Source: Chiloscyllium plagiosum
Lineage: Eukaryota
Reading direction: 5' to 3'
Length of the DNA: 41,862 nucleotides
Assembly: GCF_004010195.1 (NCBI RefSeq)
Contig: NC_057719.1
Coordinates: 4,390,244 to 4,432,105, forward strand
Made by a program: the position numbers and the translations under genes. Shown in pieces: positions 24,811 to 36,915 of the stretch. How positions within the stretch are numbered: position 1 is the stretch's first letter; every line of letters starts with the position of its first letter. Under the pieces are notes generated by a model. It saw nothing but the letters and a program-made list of their open reading frames with translations. It was not told the origin of the DNA and searched no databases.

Positions 24811-25235
24811 ACATACCTGCACATCCACTAATATCATTTATTGTATCCGTTGCTCCCGATGTGGTCTCCTCTACATTGGGGAGACTGGACGCCTCCTAGC
24901 AGAGCGCTTTAGGGAACATCTCCGGGACACCCGCACCAATCAACCACACCGCCCTGTGGCCCAACATTTCAACTCCCCCTCCCACTCTGCCGAGGACATG
25001 CAGGTCCTGGGCCTCCTTCATCGCCGCTCCCTCACCACCAGACGCCTGGAGGAAGAACACCTCATCTTCCGCCTCGGAACACTTCAACCCCAGGGCATCA
25101 ATGTGGACTTCAACAGTTTCCGCTTCAGGCTCTCTGCCTTTATTCCTGATGAAGGGCTTTTGCCTGAAACATTGATTTTACTGCTCCTCGGATGCTGCCT
25201 GAATTGCTGTACTCTTCTAGCACCACTAATCCAGA
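24811..25235 (+). mobile_element. Penelope GIY-YIG endonuclease fragment + terminal repeat with hammerhead core
   Basis: TCTSTNIIYCIRCSRCGLLYIGETGRLLAERFREH...RLEEEHLIFRLGTLQPQGINVDF; CTGATGA at 25146-25152 followed by GGGCTTTTGCCTGAAAC. Confidence 0.93.
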
Positions 25236-25877
25236 TCCTGGAACAGGAAAGGACAGAGTACAGCAACTTATGTGAAGAGATGACTACCTGGTGGTAGTGG
25301 TGTTGTTGCATTAGAAGCAATTAAGATCAAAGGAGGAAAAATGGTAAAATGGCAAAATGGTAAAATGGTCTTTATCTAAATGCATGCAGTATTCAAAACA
25401 AAATAAATGAGTTAATGGCACTGATAGAGTTAATGAAAATAAACTTATAGCCACTACAGAGAAATGGCAACATGAAATCAAAGTTGGGAGCTAAATATTT
25501 AGGGTAAGTGAATGTTTTAAAGTATCAGACAACAGCAATACCTAGGGGCAAAGGGAAAAATAATGGGTGGAGTAGTTTTGTTAGAATGAGATGGGATATG
25601 TATATTAGCAAGAAATGATGTGGGATTGGATGATTTAGAATCTATGGAGGCAAGAAATAACAAAGGAAAATAGGCAATGATTAAAGTAGTCTATAAGGCC
25701 TCTAATGGTGTTCTGTAGAATCAAGAATAAATTAAGAGATAATGTAGTATGTTAAAAAGAAGACAGTGCACTAATCATGAGTTAATTTTCATGTTGATTG
25801 GGAAGGTCAAATTGGCAGAGGTAGCCATGAGGAAAAATTCATAATTTAAGACTATTTACGACAGTTTCCTATAACAA

Positions 25878-26630
25878 TATAAGAACATAAGAACTCGGAG
25901 CAGGAGATGGTTGTCTGCTCCTTTGAGCCTGCTCCGCCATTCAATAAGATCATGGCTGATATTTTCATGGACTCAGATCCACCTACTCACGCTGTCACCG
26001 TATCCCTGAATTCCTTTATTGTTCAAAAATATATCTTGCCTTTCCTAAAAACATTCAACAAAGTAGCCTCAACTGCTTCACTGGGCAGGGAATTCTAACG
26101 CTTTGGGTGAAGAAGTTCCTCCTGAACTTGAACTCAGTCCTAAATCTTCTCCCTCTTATTTTAAGGCTATGTCTCCTAGTTCCCTGCTTCTATCTTATCT
26201 ATTGCCTTCATAATTTTATATGTTTCTATAAGATCCTCCCCCCCCCCCCAATTCTTCTCAATTCCAATGGGTATAGTCCCAGTTTACTCAGTCTCTTCTC
26301 ATAAGCCAACATTCTCAATTCCAGAAATAGCCTAATGAACCTCCTCTGCACCCCCTCCAGTGTCATCACATCCTTTCTTGAATAAAACTTTACACAGTAC
26401 TCCTCACCAGCACCCTGCACAGCTGCAGCATCACCTCTATTTTTAAACTCCATTTCTCTAACAACGAAGGACAATATTCCATTTGTCTTCTTAATTACCT
26501 GTTGCATTGTGAACCAACTTTTTTGTGATTCATACACAAGGACACCAAGGTCCCTTCTCACAGCAGCACGCTGCAATTTTTCATCTTTAATTAATAGTGC
26601 ATTTTGCTGTTATTCCTACAAAATGGATGG
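25878..26630 (-). mobile_element. CR1 3' fragment
   Basis: TAAGAACATAAGAAC tail; minus ORF RDLGVLV...LEGVQRRFIRL...LGLYPLELRR. Confidence 0.88.
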
Positions 26631-26973
26631 CCTTATGCTATGGAGCCGACTAGGGATCAGGCTATTTGGGATCTAGTAAAGTGCAATGAGGCAGTTTTAA
26701 TAAACAATCTCAGAGCAAAACGTTCCTAGGGAGCAGTGAACATAACATGATAGAAGTTAGCATTCAATTTGATAGTGAAAGATTTGGCTTGGAAACATTA
26801 AAAAGGGTAACTCCAACAGATTGAGGGCAGAGTTGCCAGGGCAGATTGAGAAAAGGGTTTTGCAGAAAAGATAGTTGAGAAATAATGAGCTAACAACTCA
26901 AAGCAAAGATCTATGCCAGGGAGAAAGAAGGACTCTAGGACCGGGATAAACTGGCCATGCTTAACCAAGGAAG

Positions 26974-27111
26974 CGAGAATGTGGTGCTGGAAAAGCACAG
27001 CAGGTCAGGCAGCATCCAAGAAGCAGGCAAATCAATGTTTTGGGCATCAGGCCCTTCCTCACCACACTCTTGACTCTGATCTCCAGTATCTGCAGTCCTC
27101 ACTTTCTCCTC
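26974..27111. mobile_element. Rearranged PLE terminal-repeat element with 14-bp TSD
   Basis: CTTAACCAAGGAAG at 26960-26973 and 27112-27125. Confidence 0.85.
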
Positions 27112-27391
27112 CTTAACCAAGGAAGTTAAAAGCAATGTCATATTGAAAGAAGAAAAAAATACAATGTGGTAAAGATTAGTGGCAAACCAAAGGATTGGTA
27201 AAATGTTAAAGGCCAACAAGAAAACCAAAAAAAAATAGAGAATGAACTATGAGGACAAACTAGCAAGCAGCATATCAACAGACAGTAAGAGCTTATTTAT
27301 ATAAAAGGGAAGAGAGGGACAATATTGGGGTAGTCATAATATGGGAGCAGGAAATGGCAGAGGAGTTGAATAAATAATTTGCATCAGTCTT

Positions 27392-27706
27392 ATTAGATTA
27401 GATTACTTACAGTGTGGAAACAGGCCCTTCGGCCCAACAAGTCCACACCGACCCGCCGAACAGCAACCCACCCAGACCCATTCCCCTACATTTACCCCTT
27501 CACCTAACACTATGGGGCAATTTAGCATGGCCAATTCACCTGACCTGCACATTTTTGGACTGTGGGAGGAAACCGGAGCACCCGGAGGAAACCCACGCAG
27601 ACACGGGGAGAATGTGCAAACTCCACACAGTCAGTCGCCTGAGGCAGGAATTGAACCCGGGTCCCTGGTGCTATGAGGCAGCAGTGCTAACCACTGTGCC
27701 ACCTTG
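27392..27706 (-). mobile_element. HE1-type V-SINE, full length
   Basis: Reverse complement of the 21780 SINE; TAGATTAGATT tail at the left end. Confidence 0.93.
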
Positions 27707-28039
27707 GTAGAAAACGCAAATAATGTTCCACAAAAGCTAAAGAATGAAGTGACTAAGGTGGTGGGGGAAGGAAATAAACAGGATATATATATATATGGAG
27801 AGATATGACTAGTCATGGTTTAACCAGAGGGTTACTACACCTCAGGTGAGGGTCGAGGTTGCAAAACCGAATCTTTTGGGGTAATCTCAGCTGGGATATG
27901 AACGGTGCCCATGTTCTGACGTCACTTTATGTTACAGGCCAAGCAATCCTGCTAACTAACCCCTCATTAAGTGCATTCAAGTCTGACAACCACTGGCTTT
28001 TATTCAGGAAGAGAATCAAGGTGTATGGAGACAAAGCAG

Positions 28040-28130
28040 AATCAGAAGTCACATGACACCAGGTTATAATCTAACAGGTTTATTTGAAATCACTAGCTTT
28101 CGGAGCAGGAGACCCCTTAGTCGGGTGAAG
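28040..28130 (-). mobile_element. Terminal repeat of another PLE family with decayed hammerhead (AGCT stem III)
   Basis: Minus strand reads TCAC-CCGACTA-AGGGGTCTCCTGCTCC-GAAAGCTA-GTGA: stem I TCAC/GTGA, core mutated. Confidence 0.55.
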
Positions 28131-28913
28131 TCTCAAATAAAGCAGGGAAGTGGAATTGAAGGTTATGAGACCAACCATCTAACCCATCCAGTCTCTCTTC
28201 ATACGCCATTCCTGCCAATCCCCAGGAAGCAGTCTGCAATCCTTCCATAGCCGGAACGTCCTTCCTCAAATAAGGAGACCCAAAATTGCACACCGTACTC
28301 CGGTTATAGGCAGGGGAAAGCGCTGGTCTAAATGGTGATGTCCGAGTGCCGTGAATTAATAAAACCGAATGAAAAGTTTAGAGCTGATCAGGAAGGAAAG
28401 GAGAGTCTGCGGAGGGGAGGTGGATAGGCGAGATCACATGTCAAAGGAATTACAGTGCAACTGAAGTACAAAAATTACGTTTATATTTGGGAAATTTGAG
28501 GAAATATGGAACTATTTGCGATGATGAGTCGAGGCGCTTTGTGCTGTCAGACTGTGACAGAGCCGGAGCAGATTCCGAACAAATCCAGCTAACCCCACAG
28601 ACTTCCAACAGCCATAACTTCTGCTGCCCTTAAAAAAAATGTGCAACACCTTGACCTTTCCCTGCTGTGTGAAAGTCCTTTCGTGGCCATTTCAGTTCGG
28701 TAGCTGATCATTTTTAAACCAGCGAGTCCGGCAGAGGGAAGGCGATTTGGTTAAAGTCTGGCAGAGAATTTTAGGGATTCGACAGCGAAGCAAACGTACA
28801 CTGAAGCAAACAAAACCAGGAACTCAGCAGGTCTGGCTGCCTTTGTGGGGAGGAAAGAGAGTGCTGTTTCGAGCGGAGTGACCCTCCTTCAGAACTGACC
28901 ACTTCACGTTGAT

Positions 28914-29023
28914 GCTGAAAATGTGTTGCTGGAAAAGCGCAGCAGGTCAGGCAGCATCCAGGGGAGCAGGAGAGTCGACGTTTAGGGCATGAGCCCTTCT
29001 TCAGGGCTTGAGGGCTTCTTCAG
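28914..29023 (-). mobile_element. PLE terminal-repeat fragment with 15-bp TSD
   Basis: CCACTTCACGTTGAT at 28899-28913 and 29024-29038; CTGAAGAAGGGCTCATGCCC on the minus strand. Confidence 0.85.
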
Positions 29024-30606
29024 CCACTTCACGTTGATCCCAACATCAAATTGTAACAGCACCTTCAGAAATTTAGAACATCAAAACATGAAATCAATGA
29101 TGAAAAATCCGTTCAGATAAAAAAAGACTAGTTATTTACAGAGATTGTAACTTGAATGACAATAAAGTTCCTTCCATTACTGTGTTGTTTGCTTATATCT
29201 GTCAGTGTTGGTAATGTTATTTTGTCTGTTTTACATTAGTTGCATCCTATGGTCTATCTGCACGTTCAGATTTTTCGGGTTTATTTTTGCATCTTATTCA
29301 TAGTTTACATCTGCAACTCTGCGTGTCTGTGGCCGTATTTTACATCTCCCCGAATTGTGTGTGTGTGTGTTTTACACAGGTCCCTGCGGCTGTGTGGTGT
29401 CTCTCTGAGCGTGGCTGCTCGTCAACCCGGGCGACATGCTCAGATTTCGTTCGCCCCTGAACTCCCTCCCCACCCTCAGGAATTGCCAAGACACCTCACA
29501 CCCTCCCCTCCCCTCCCCTCCCCTCCCTCCAACACCCTCCCTCCAACTCCGTCTGAATCAAATCGCCACCACTTCCACAGAATCGGATCGAACTCGCCGC
29601 CAGCGTGTTCACGCCTCTAGCAGGAACAGACTGCTCTCAGTCCGCCGAGAGCGAGAGAGAGAGAGAGGGGGGGGGGGACTGTGACCAGGGCCCACTCTTC
29701 CCTAAGAGTCTGCTCAGTTCCCTGTGAGGGAGTAAATGAGGACGAGCACTCCTCAATTCTGCATCACCGAGCTCAGCCTGTGAGGTAAGTGTCAAATTCT
29801 GCTGTATCTTAGCGGTTGGTCAATTGTCTGTTTAATCCAGTGTCCAGTTTAAGCTGAATTTTCTTCCTGCTCTCATCCTCTCCTGGTGCAGACTTTCTGT
29901 CAGCCAGCTCCAAATTATTCCCCTCGGTTAGAAAATTCTGCCCTTTTTTTGAAAAAAACTCGGTGTTGATATACTTATTGTAAACAGGCTGAATAAACGA
30001 AACTGACCTAGGTGCCTTTGTACAGAACTCCAATGTCAAATATTTTGTCTCAAACTTCCCAGTAATCCCAGTTTGTCAGAACTAGCTGCTTCGGTGGGAC
30101 CCTTTCCCTGAGCATTCAGGGGCGATGTGGAAATTTATCGAGAGTTTCCCGTCTTCTCTGTCTCTCTCTCTCTCTCTCCTGCTCTGTCCAGCTCTCAATG
30201 TCAGCTCGCCTCTCTCTCTCACCTCTACTGACCTGCATAGCCCCCTAATCATAAGCAAGTCCTCTAATCATAATATAATCGAGGATATTGAAAATTAAAC
30301 ACAATCTGCATTACAAATCTTCAGCTGTGAGATTTACGCAGAAGCCCAAACGCCCCGAATTGCATTTTAAAAATTGTCGAATCGCGCCGCCCGATAAAGC
30401 TGCGGTTACAAACTCTGACGGTAATTTCGATCCCCCACAACTTTCTTTCCGACATTAAAGAGTGTTAATTCAAACGAAATATCGGGCTCGCTCCTCCTGT
30501 TAAAATTCCTGGGGAAAGAAAACATGGTTTTTGGAATACTCGATACTTACCAACTTATAAATTAAATTCCATTAAACAGATTTCTGAAAAGATTGAGTAC
30601 ACGGTT

Positions 30607-30750
30607 GTGGTTCTAATGAAGGGTCACCGGATTCGAAACGTTAACTCGGTTTTTCCTCTCTCCACAGATGCTACCAGACCTGCTGAGCTTCTCCAGCAAT
30701 TTCTGCTTTTGTTTCAGATTTCCAGCATCCGCTGCTTTTGTTTGATTTTA
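30607..30750 (+). mobile_element. Second PLE terminal-repeat family with hammerhead-like core
   Basis: GTT-CTAATGA-A-GGGTCACCGGATTC-GAAACGTT-AAC (stem I GTT/AAC). Relatives at ~22175-22260, 28815-28897, 33195-33410, 33775-33915 and 34548-34677. Confidence 0.75.
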
Positions 30751-31037
30751 TTGAGTTTTAAGAGATCTGACCAATCCACATTCATAATATTCTTCATTCA
30801 GTTCCACACACTCACTGCCCTCCAGATCTGATCGTTTGTGTGACTTGCAACTTGTGTTTGTTTATTTTGCGATTTCACTGAGAACAAAAACTAATTCGCA
30901 TCTCATTTCTGGAAATGTGTTGCAGATTGTTTTAAAATTAGTTTACATTCCGCCTTGAGTCTCCTCAAACCGAGAGTTCCGCGTAGACTACTGCCCAGAG
31001 TACGAGAACGAACATCCCCAGGAATGCGAATCCATTG

Positions 31038-31590
31038 ACACGCACAAACACACGGACATACACATACACAGACACACAAACACAAAGACATACACACAGA
31101 GAGACATTCACACATACAAACACAGAGACATACAAACACAGACATACACATACACAGACATACACACACAGAGACACACANNNNNNNNNNNNNNNNNNNN
31201 NNNNNNNNNNNNNNNNNNNNNNNNNNNNNNNNNNNNNNNNNNNNNNNNNNNNNNNNNNNNNNNNNNNNNNNNNNNNNNNNNNNNNNNNNNNNNNNNNNNN
31301 NNNNNNNNNNNNNNNNNNNNNNNNNNNNNNNNNNNNNNNNNNNNNNNNNNNNNNNNNNNNNNNNNNNNNNNNNNNNNNNNNNNNNNNNNNNNNNNNNNNN
31401 NNNNNNNNNNNNNNNNNNNNNNNNNNNNNNNNNNNCAGACACACAAGAGACACAAACACAGACACACACAAACACACACAGACACCAAAACCCACACACA
31501 GAAACACACAAACACAGACACACACAATGCCACACAGGCACACACACAGAGAGACACACACAGACACACATACAGACACACACACAACAA
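31038..31590. repeat. (CA)n-rich low-complexity tract containing a 255-N gap (31181-31435)
   Basis: Directly visible. Confidence 0.97.
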
Positions 31591-31711
31591 ATTCAAGTTA
31601 GTGACAAACACACGGCCGCACAACAGATACATGAACTATATAATCAAACACACTTTGCAGAATCACATTTACAAACTCATGTTAGACACCAACAAGTCTA
31701 CACACGAATTG

Positions 31712-31808
31712 TTCATTCTTGATGAAGGGCTTATGCCTGAAATGTCGATTTTCCTGCTCCTCGGATGCTGCCTGACCTGCTCTGCTTTTCCAGCACCACT
31801 TTAATCTC
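31712..31808 (+). mobile_element. Solo PLE terminal-repeat fragment
   Basis: TTCTTGATGAAGGGCTTATGCCTGAAATGTCGATTTTCCTGCTCCTCGGATGC. Confidence 0.82.
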
Positions 31809-31879
31809 GACACCAACAGATCTACGTCCAATCCTCCACCCTCCTCACAGAGGCAGGTATACAATCCACAGACAGGGGC

Positions 31880-32165
31880 TCTGATGGCACTGTGGTAGTG
31901 TCCCTACCTCTGGCCAGCAGACCTGGGTTTGATTTGATTTATTGTCACATGTACCGAAGTACAGTGAAGAGGTTTGTTCACTAGTGGTACAAGCAGATTA
32001 TAGTAAGCAAGGACATACAGATCATAGGGTAGAAAAAAAACTTGGACAAAGGATTTCAGGTTACACCGCCCAGGGCGTGCGCTAGGCAAGATCAACATGA
32101 ACATTTAAAGTCCCGCCTGTTTCCAAGGATGTGTAGTAACATCACTGAACGGATTGGTTTAAACA
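31880..32165 (+). mobile_element. Short tRNA-like SINE split by a minus-strand LINE tail (~31928-32105)
   Basis: TGGTAGTGTCCCTACCTCT..CCTGGGTT head, also at ~10172 (+) and ~33995-34037 (-); the insert starts TTGATTTGATTTATTGTCACATG. Confidence 0.55.
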
Positions 32166-33194
32166 ATTCTATTGCGTACAGTATAGACTCTGGACAGAGT
32201 AGGTGTCAGTAAGTGTTCCCGTTAGTAGAGGGATTGAGAAGCAGACAGCATGGATTTAAGGTGACTGGCGACATTTGAAACGGTGACATGGAAAAGCTTT
32301 AGTTGGGGTTTGGACTGACCGGCCTGTGGGTGCGGTGGAGGGGGGGGGGGGTACATGTCAGCCTTTGAAGAGGCAAATTGAATTAGCTCTTGAACAGACC
32401 AAAAATAAAGAAACAATTCCAGGGCGTGGGAAAGGGCATGCTGGGTGGCGCTTATAGAGAGCTATCATGGACATAAGGGACCACAATGGTCCGTTGCCTT
32501 GCTGTAACCAAATGCATAAACAGCTACACATACCCATAACAGACTCACAGAAACTCCACAGAATCACAGCGCAGGGGATACTATTCAGCCGATTGTTTCT
32601 ATACTAGCTACAGAAGAGCTGTCCAGCCCCATTCCACTCGCCAGCTCTTAGACAGACATTCACAGGAATTTTACAGGAGAGGGTGAGCCGGTACCTTCTA
32701 TGACTTTCCAAAATGAGCACCGTCTCCATTCTCCTGTTTTCTCGCTAGATTTCAAGTAATCATCTCACTCCCTATTGAAAGGCTGATCGAATCTGCCTTC
32801 CCCACACTCTCACACAGTGCTTCCAGACTTTCACCACTCTCTGTGGAAATATCATCCCTTCTGTTAGTAAGCACGTTCGTTCTGTGGTCTCATGATCTCC
32901 ATCCTTTCATGAGGGGAATGGTTTCCTCTTATTTATCGTCTCTGCGCCTCTCTTGATTTTGAATACTTCAGTCAGATCTCCCCACAGCCACCTCCAAGTC
33001 GGACAATTCCGGCTTCTCCAACTTATCTTCATAACTGAAATTCCTCATTCCTGGAATCAGCCTCACTGCACTCTCCCCAGAGCCTTCAAAGTGAAGCGAT
33101 CAGAATTTTAATGTCACCTAATTTTGCAATTACAATACATCTTTGAGTTTTACTGAAAGATTGGGCCACTTCAGTTATGTTAAAAAAATTTATC

Positions 33195-33410
33195 AAAACC
33201 GAAAGAACTAAGGATGCTGTAAATCAGAAACAAGGTCCGAAACTGCTGGAAAAGCTCAGCAGGCCTGGTATCATCTGTGGAGAGAAATCAGTGTTTCGGG
33301 TCCGGTGACCCTTCCTCAGAAACTCTGGATCCGAAACGTTAACTCTTGATTTCTCTCCACAGATGCTGCCGGACCTGCTGAATTTTTCCACCAATGTAAA
33401 AAAATTATGT
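33195..33410. mobile_element. Fold-back element of the second PLE terminal-repeat family
   Basis: CATCTGTGGAGAGAAATCA pairs with TGATTTCTCTCCACAGATG; minus-strand CTGAGGA-A-GGGTC-ACCG-GACCC-GAAAC. Confidence 0.82.
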
Positions 33411-34979
33411 TTCAGGCTTCAGGCAGATAGCTCCAAACCTCGCTATCCCCTTGAAAACAAAGTCTCTGTTTCCCCTGTAAATCTTCCACGAATTATTTCA
33501 GATCTAAATTCCTGGTTGTTTGGTTTCTGTGCGAGTTGCAATTCATTCTCCCTATCTACGTTTTCCAGTCTCCTCTATTATGCACTTCAATTAAATCTTC
33601 CCTCAGCCTCGCCTATTCTAAAGAAAACCTGTTTAATCTGTCCCTGTTTAATCGCCAATTCTGGGGAATCTCCTGCGCAGCATTCCCGCTCCAACGGGAC
33701 TTTACATAAATTCTAGTGAAACCTCGCCACTGTTACAGCGCGGGTCTGCACCAAACAACTGGTTATCCCTGTGACAGAAGCAGAAAGTGCTGGAGAAACT
33801 CAGCAGGTCTGGCAGTACCCATGAAGAGAGAAACAGAGTTAGTGTGTTTAGAATCTGGTGACATTTCCTCAGAACTGACCTGCCGAGTTTCTCCAGCAGT
33901 TTCTGTTTCAGATTATCAGCTTTGGGCTTTCATTTTTCCTGTTCTCCCTCATCGATCTGTTCAGATATTATTACACACTTCAGGAACAGATGGGATTTGA
34001 ACCCAGACCTCCCGGTTCAGAGGTAGGGACACTACCGCTGTCTTCCTGCGTTTTTAGCACCCTTTTCCCGGTATCCTCTGGGGTGTGGCACACACACACA
34101 CACACACACACAAAGAGACAGAAAGAGAGAGATCTTTAATCTGACCTGCCTCACTCTTGTGTCACTAATGAGGTGCAATGAGAGGTTTGGGATCGGGGTG
34201 TACAATATACCTGAAAGTTTAAAAATTTTCCGGGACCCTTTGTTGGATCATTGTTAGGAGTTGGATATGAATACATCCAGTGCGAGCCTGGGGTCAGGGC
34301 CTGCCGTGCAGAGAGCGACCACTGTCTCAGTATTTCTGACAGCTCATAGAGAATGAAAAGGTCCGGAGGCAATCACACACAGACCAGGCTTTGCACTGCA
34401 CACGATCCAACTGGAACACATAGGGCTCCCCTGAATAGAGATAACCACACTTTCAGTGTTACACTGTCCACAGATACCCGAGCACAGGCGGTCCACATTC
34501 CTCCGACTATCCCATTCCGCCAGCCAGATCACTGTGTTGTCCGGCACAAAAGCAGAAATTGCTGGAGGAACTGAAGAGAGGGTTAATGCTTTTGGGTCCG
34601 GTATGTTATCTTCGGCCCGTTAACTCTGTTTCTCTCTCCACAGTTGACTGCCAGACCGGCTGAGTTTCTCCAGCACCGGGACACCCAGGGGCTTCCCTCT
34701 CAGTGATAGATCCCGCTGCTCGGCTCCGGGCCCGAAGCGGGGGGCAGTCTGCCTGGGTCCACCGCACCCCCCACAGTGAGAACAGGCTTTACTGAAAAAC
34801 ACAAACACACCAGAATCACTCGGGAATTGGGAATGCGGAAGATGGTGTCGGACACAGATTCCCAACTAACTCTCACAATTCCCAATCTCTGCTCCCTCAG
34901 CCCCGGTCACTGTTACAGTCTGGTTAGGATATGTTAACGCCTGATGCTGTTGAGTTTCACGTTAGGTGACAGTGAATGG

Positions 34980-35635
34980 GAGTGTGTACATTAGATCGGC
35001 TTGGGTTTATGTATGTGTATGTGTTCGTGTGTTTGAGTGTGTATTTGCGTGCGCGTACATGTGCGTATTCGTACCTGTCTGTGTGCGTGTGTCCCTGTGT
35101 GTGTGTTTCTATGTGTATTTGCGTGCATTTGTGGATGTGTACTTATGTGTGCATGCATTTGTATTGGTGTGTTTGTGTGTCTCAGTATTTATTAGGAGAA
35201 AGTGAGGACTGCAGATGCTGGAGATCAGAGCTGAAAATGTGGTGCTGGAAAAACACAGCAGGCCAGGCAGCATTCGAGGAGCAGGAGAATCGACGTTTCG
35301 GGCATAAGCCCTTCTTCGATTCTCCTGCTCCCCTGATGCTGCCGGGCCTGCTGTGTTTTTCCAGCACCACATTTTTCAACTCTGTCTCAGTATTTGTGTG
35401 TGTGCGTGTGTTTTTGCGTGTGCTTATATATGTGTGCGTGTATGTATTTATGTGTGTGTTTGTGTATGTATGTGTGTATTATTTGTGTGTGTACTTGTGT
35501 GTATATGTTTGTGTATATATATTTGTGTATGTGTGTGTATTTGAGTGTATGGGTGTGAGTGATTGTGTGTTTTTGTGTGTGATTGTGCATGTTTGCGTGT
35601 GTATTTGTGTGTGTGTATTTGTGTGTGTTTGTGTC
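34980..35635. repeat. (TG)n-rich low-complexity tract
   Basis: Directly visible; explains the V/C-rich ORFs. Confidence 0.95.
35191..35382 (-). mobile_element. Fold-back PLE terminal-repeat element with 13-bp TSD
   Basis: TGTCTCAGTATTT at 35178-35190 and 35383-35395; arms AAAATGTGGTGCTGGAAAAACACAGCAGGCC and GGCCTGCTGTGTTTTTCCAGCACCACATTTT. Confidence 0.88.
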
Positions 35636-35999
35636 AGAGTTTGCAACTGTCCATTTGGCTCAGATGCCGGCTGAGACGCGGTTGCACTGTTCAGATCGGG
35701 CCTTTAACTCTGAGGCACTCTGTGGGGTCCCTCTCCCTCTAGGGCTGGGACTGGGCTGCTAGAATAATGAGCTGGAGTTTTATACTTTCAATGCAAAAGG
35801 AGGTTTGAGTCCCAGAACCTGACTTCATACAGGACTGATGTTTTTCAAACCATGTCAGTGTGAATGTGCCAGTGAGTGAATGAGATGTGTCTGTGTGTGA
35901 CCAGAGAGTAACCAGCGCAGTGAATGTGTCAGTCTGTGTCTCTGAGGGTGTATTGCTGTCTGTGTGCGGCGTGCCGTCTCCGTTTTAAAATATCCGAAG

Positions 36000-36560
36000 T
36001 AAAATAAACTTGTATTTCTATCCGGTTTGTTCTACTCTCTTGACGCCGCAAAACCTTTTAGTTTTTTTAGTTGTTATATCAGAAATGCGGCAGGCCATTT
36101 ACACACAGCAAGATCCCACAAATCAGCAATGTGTTGCTGACCTGATCATCCTCATAGCGATATGAACTGAGGGATGCACAGAGATAGCAGGACAATAGTA
36201 ATTCGAGATCTGTCAGTGCAGCTGAGAGGTTAGTCAGACTTTAGCTTAATAGTTCATTCAAAACATAGCACTCCCGACAATGCACTCCCTGATTACTGAC
36301 CCACGGACAGTGCAGCACTCTCTCAGCACTGACTCTCTGATAGTGCAGCACTCCCTCAGCACTGACTCTCTGACAGTGCAGCACTCCCTCAGCACTGACT
36401 CTCTGACAGTGCGGCACTCCCTCACTACTGACCCTCCGATAGTGCGGCACACCCTGAGTACTGTGCTGCAAGGGTCAGCACAGATTTTCACTTTAATGTC
36501 AGTTGATTAGAAACAAACTCACAACCACTTGGTCTTGAGGGAAGAAGTCCAAACAACTGA
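36000..36560 (-). mobile_element. SacSINE1-like Deu-SINE with an internal 33-bp minisatellite (~36290-36465)
   Basis: Unit CACTGACTCTCTGACAGTGCAGCACTCCCTCAG, about 5 copies; it is the reverse complement of the single-copy motif at ~20605-20635. L2-like tail at ~36000. Confidence 0.72.
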
Positions 36561-36717
36561 AACACAGTATTTTGTGCATACATATTTACATATGTATGTG
36601 CGTGTTTGGTACACATGTATTACTATGTGGGCGTGTTATTATACTTGAGTAAATATTCATGGATATGAGTTAGCTTTGTTATTGTCTATATGTTTCTCAG
36701 TGTACATGAGCATACTA

Positions 36718-36915
36718 GTGCTCTCCGATTTCCCCCCTACAGTCCAAAGATTAGATGAATTGGCCATGCTACATTGCCCATAGTGTTAGGAGCATTAGTC
36801 AAAGGTAAATATAGGGTAGAGGAATGGGTCTGGGTGGGTTACTCTTCGGTGGGTCAGTGTGGACCTGTTGGGCTGAAGGGCCTGTTTCCATACTGTAGGG
36901 AATCTAGTCTAATCA
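36718..36915 (+). mobile_element. 5'-truncated HE1-type V-SINE
   Basis: ACAGTCCAAAGA..GAATTGGCCATGCT..GAAGGGCCTGTTTCC..GGAATCTAGTCTAATC, as in the 21780 copy. Confidence 0.88.

Larger units (their letters stand above)
22560..27800 (+). mobile_element. Ancient, possibly single CR1 copy (5'UTR, ORF1 esterase, ORF2 endonuclease) broken up by many insertions
   Basis: Collinear remnants: NVIIVGDSI..RVKDIS (ORF1 GDS motif ~23500-23620), YLNACSIQNKINEL (~25370), and endonuclease/tether pieces at 26630-27390. Confidence 0.62.

Noticed and set aside
24791..25297. Open 168-aa GIY-YIG ORF as a domesticated nuclease gene
   Set aside because: It is a truncated Penelope 3' fragment that runs into the terminal repeat, with a start borrowed from flanking DNA; openness is explained by young age.
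29240..29684. Proline-rich ORFs in the CpG-rich island
   Set aside because: No recognisable homology; composition is driven by C-rich low-complexity sequence.
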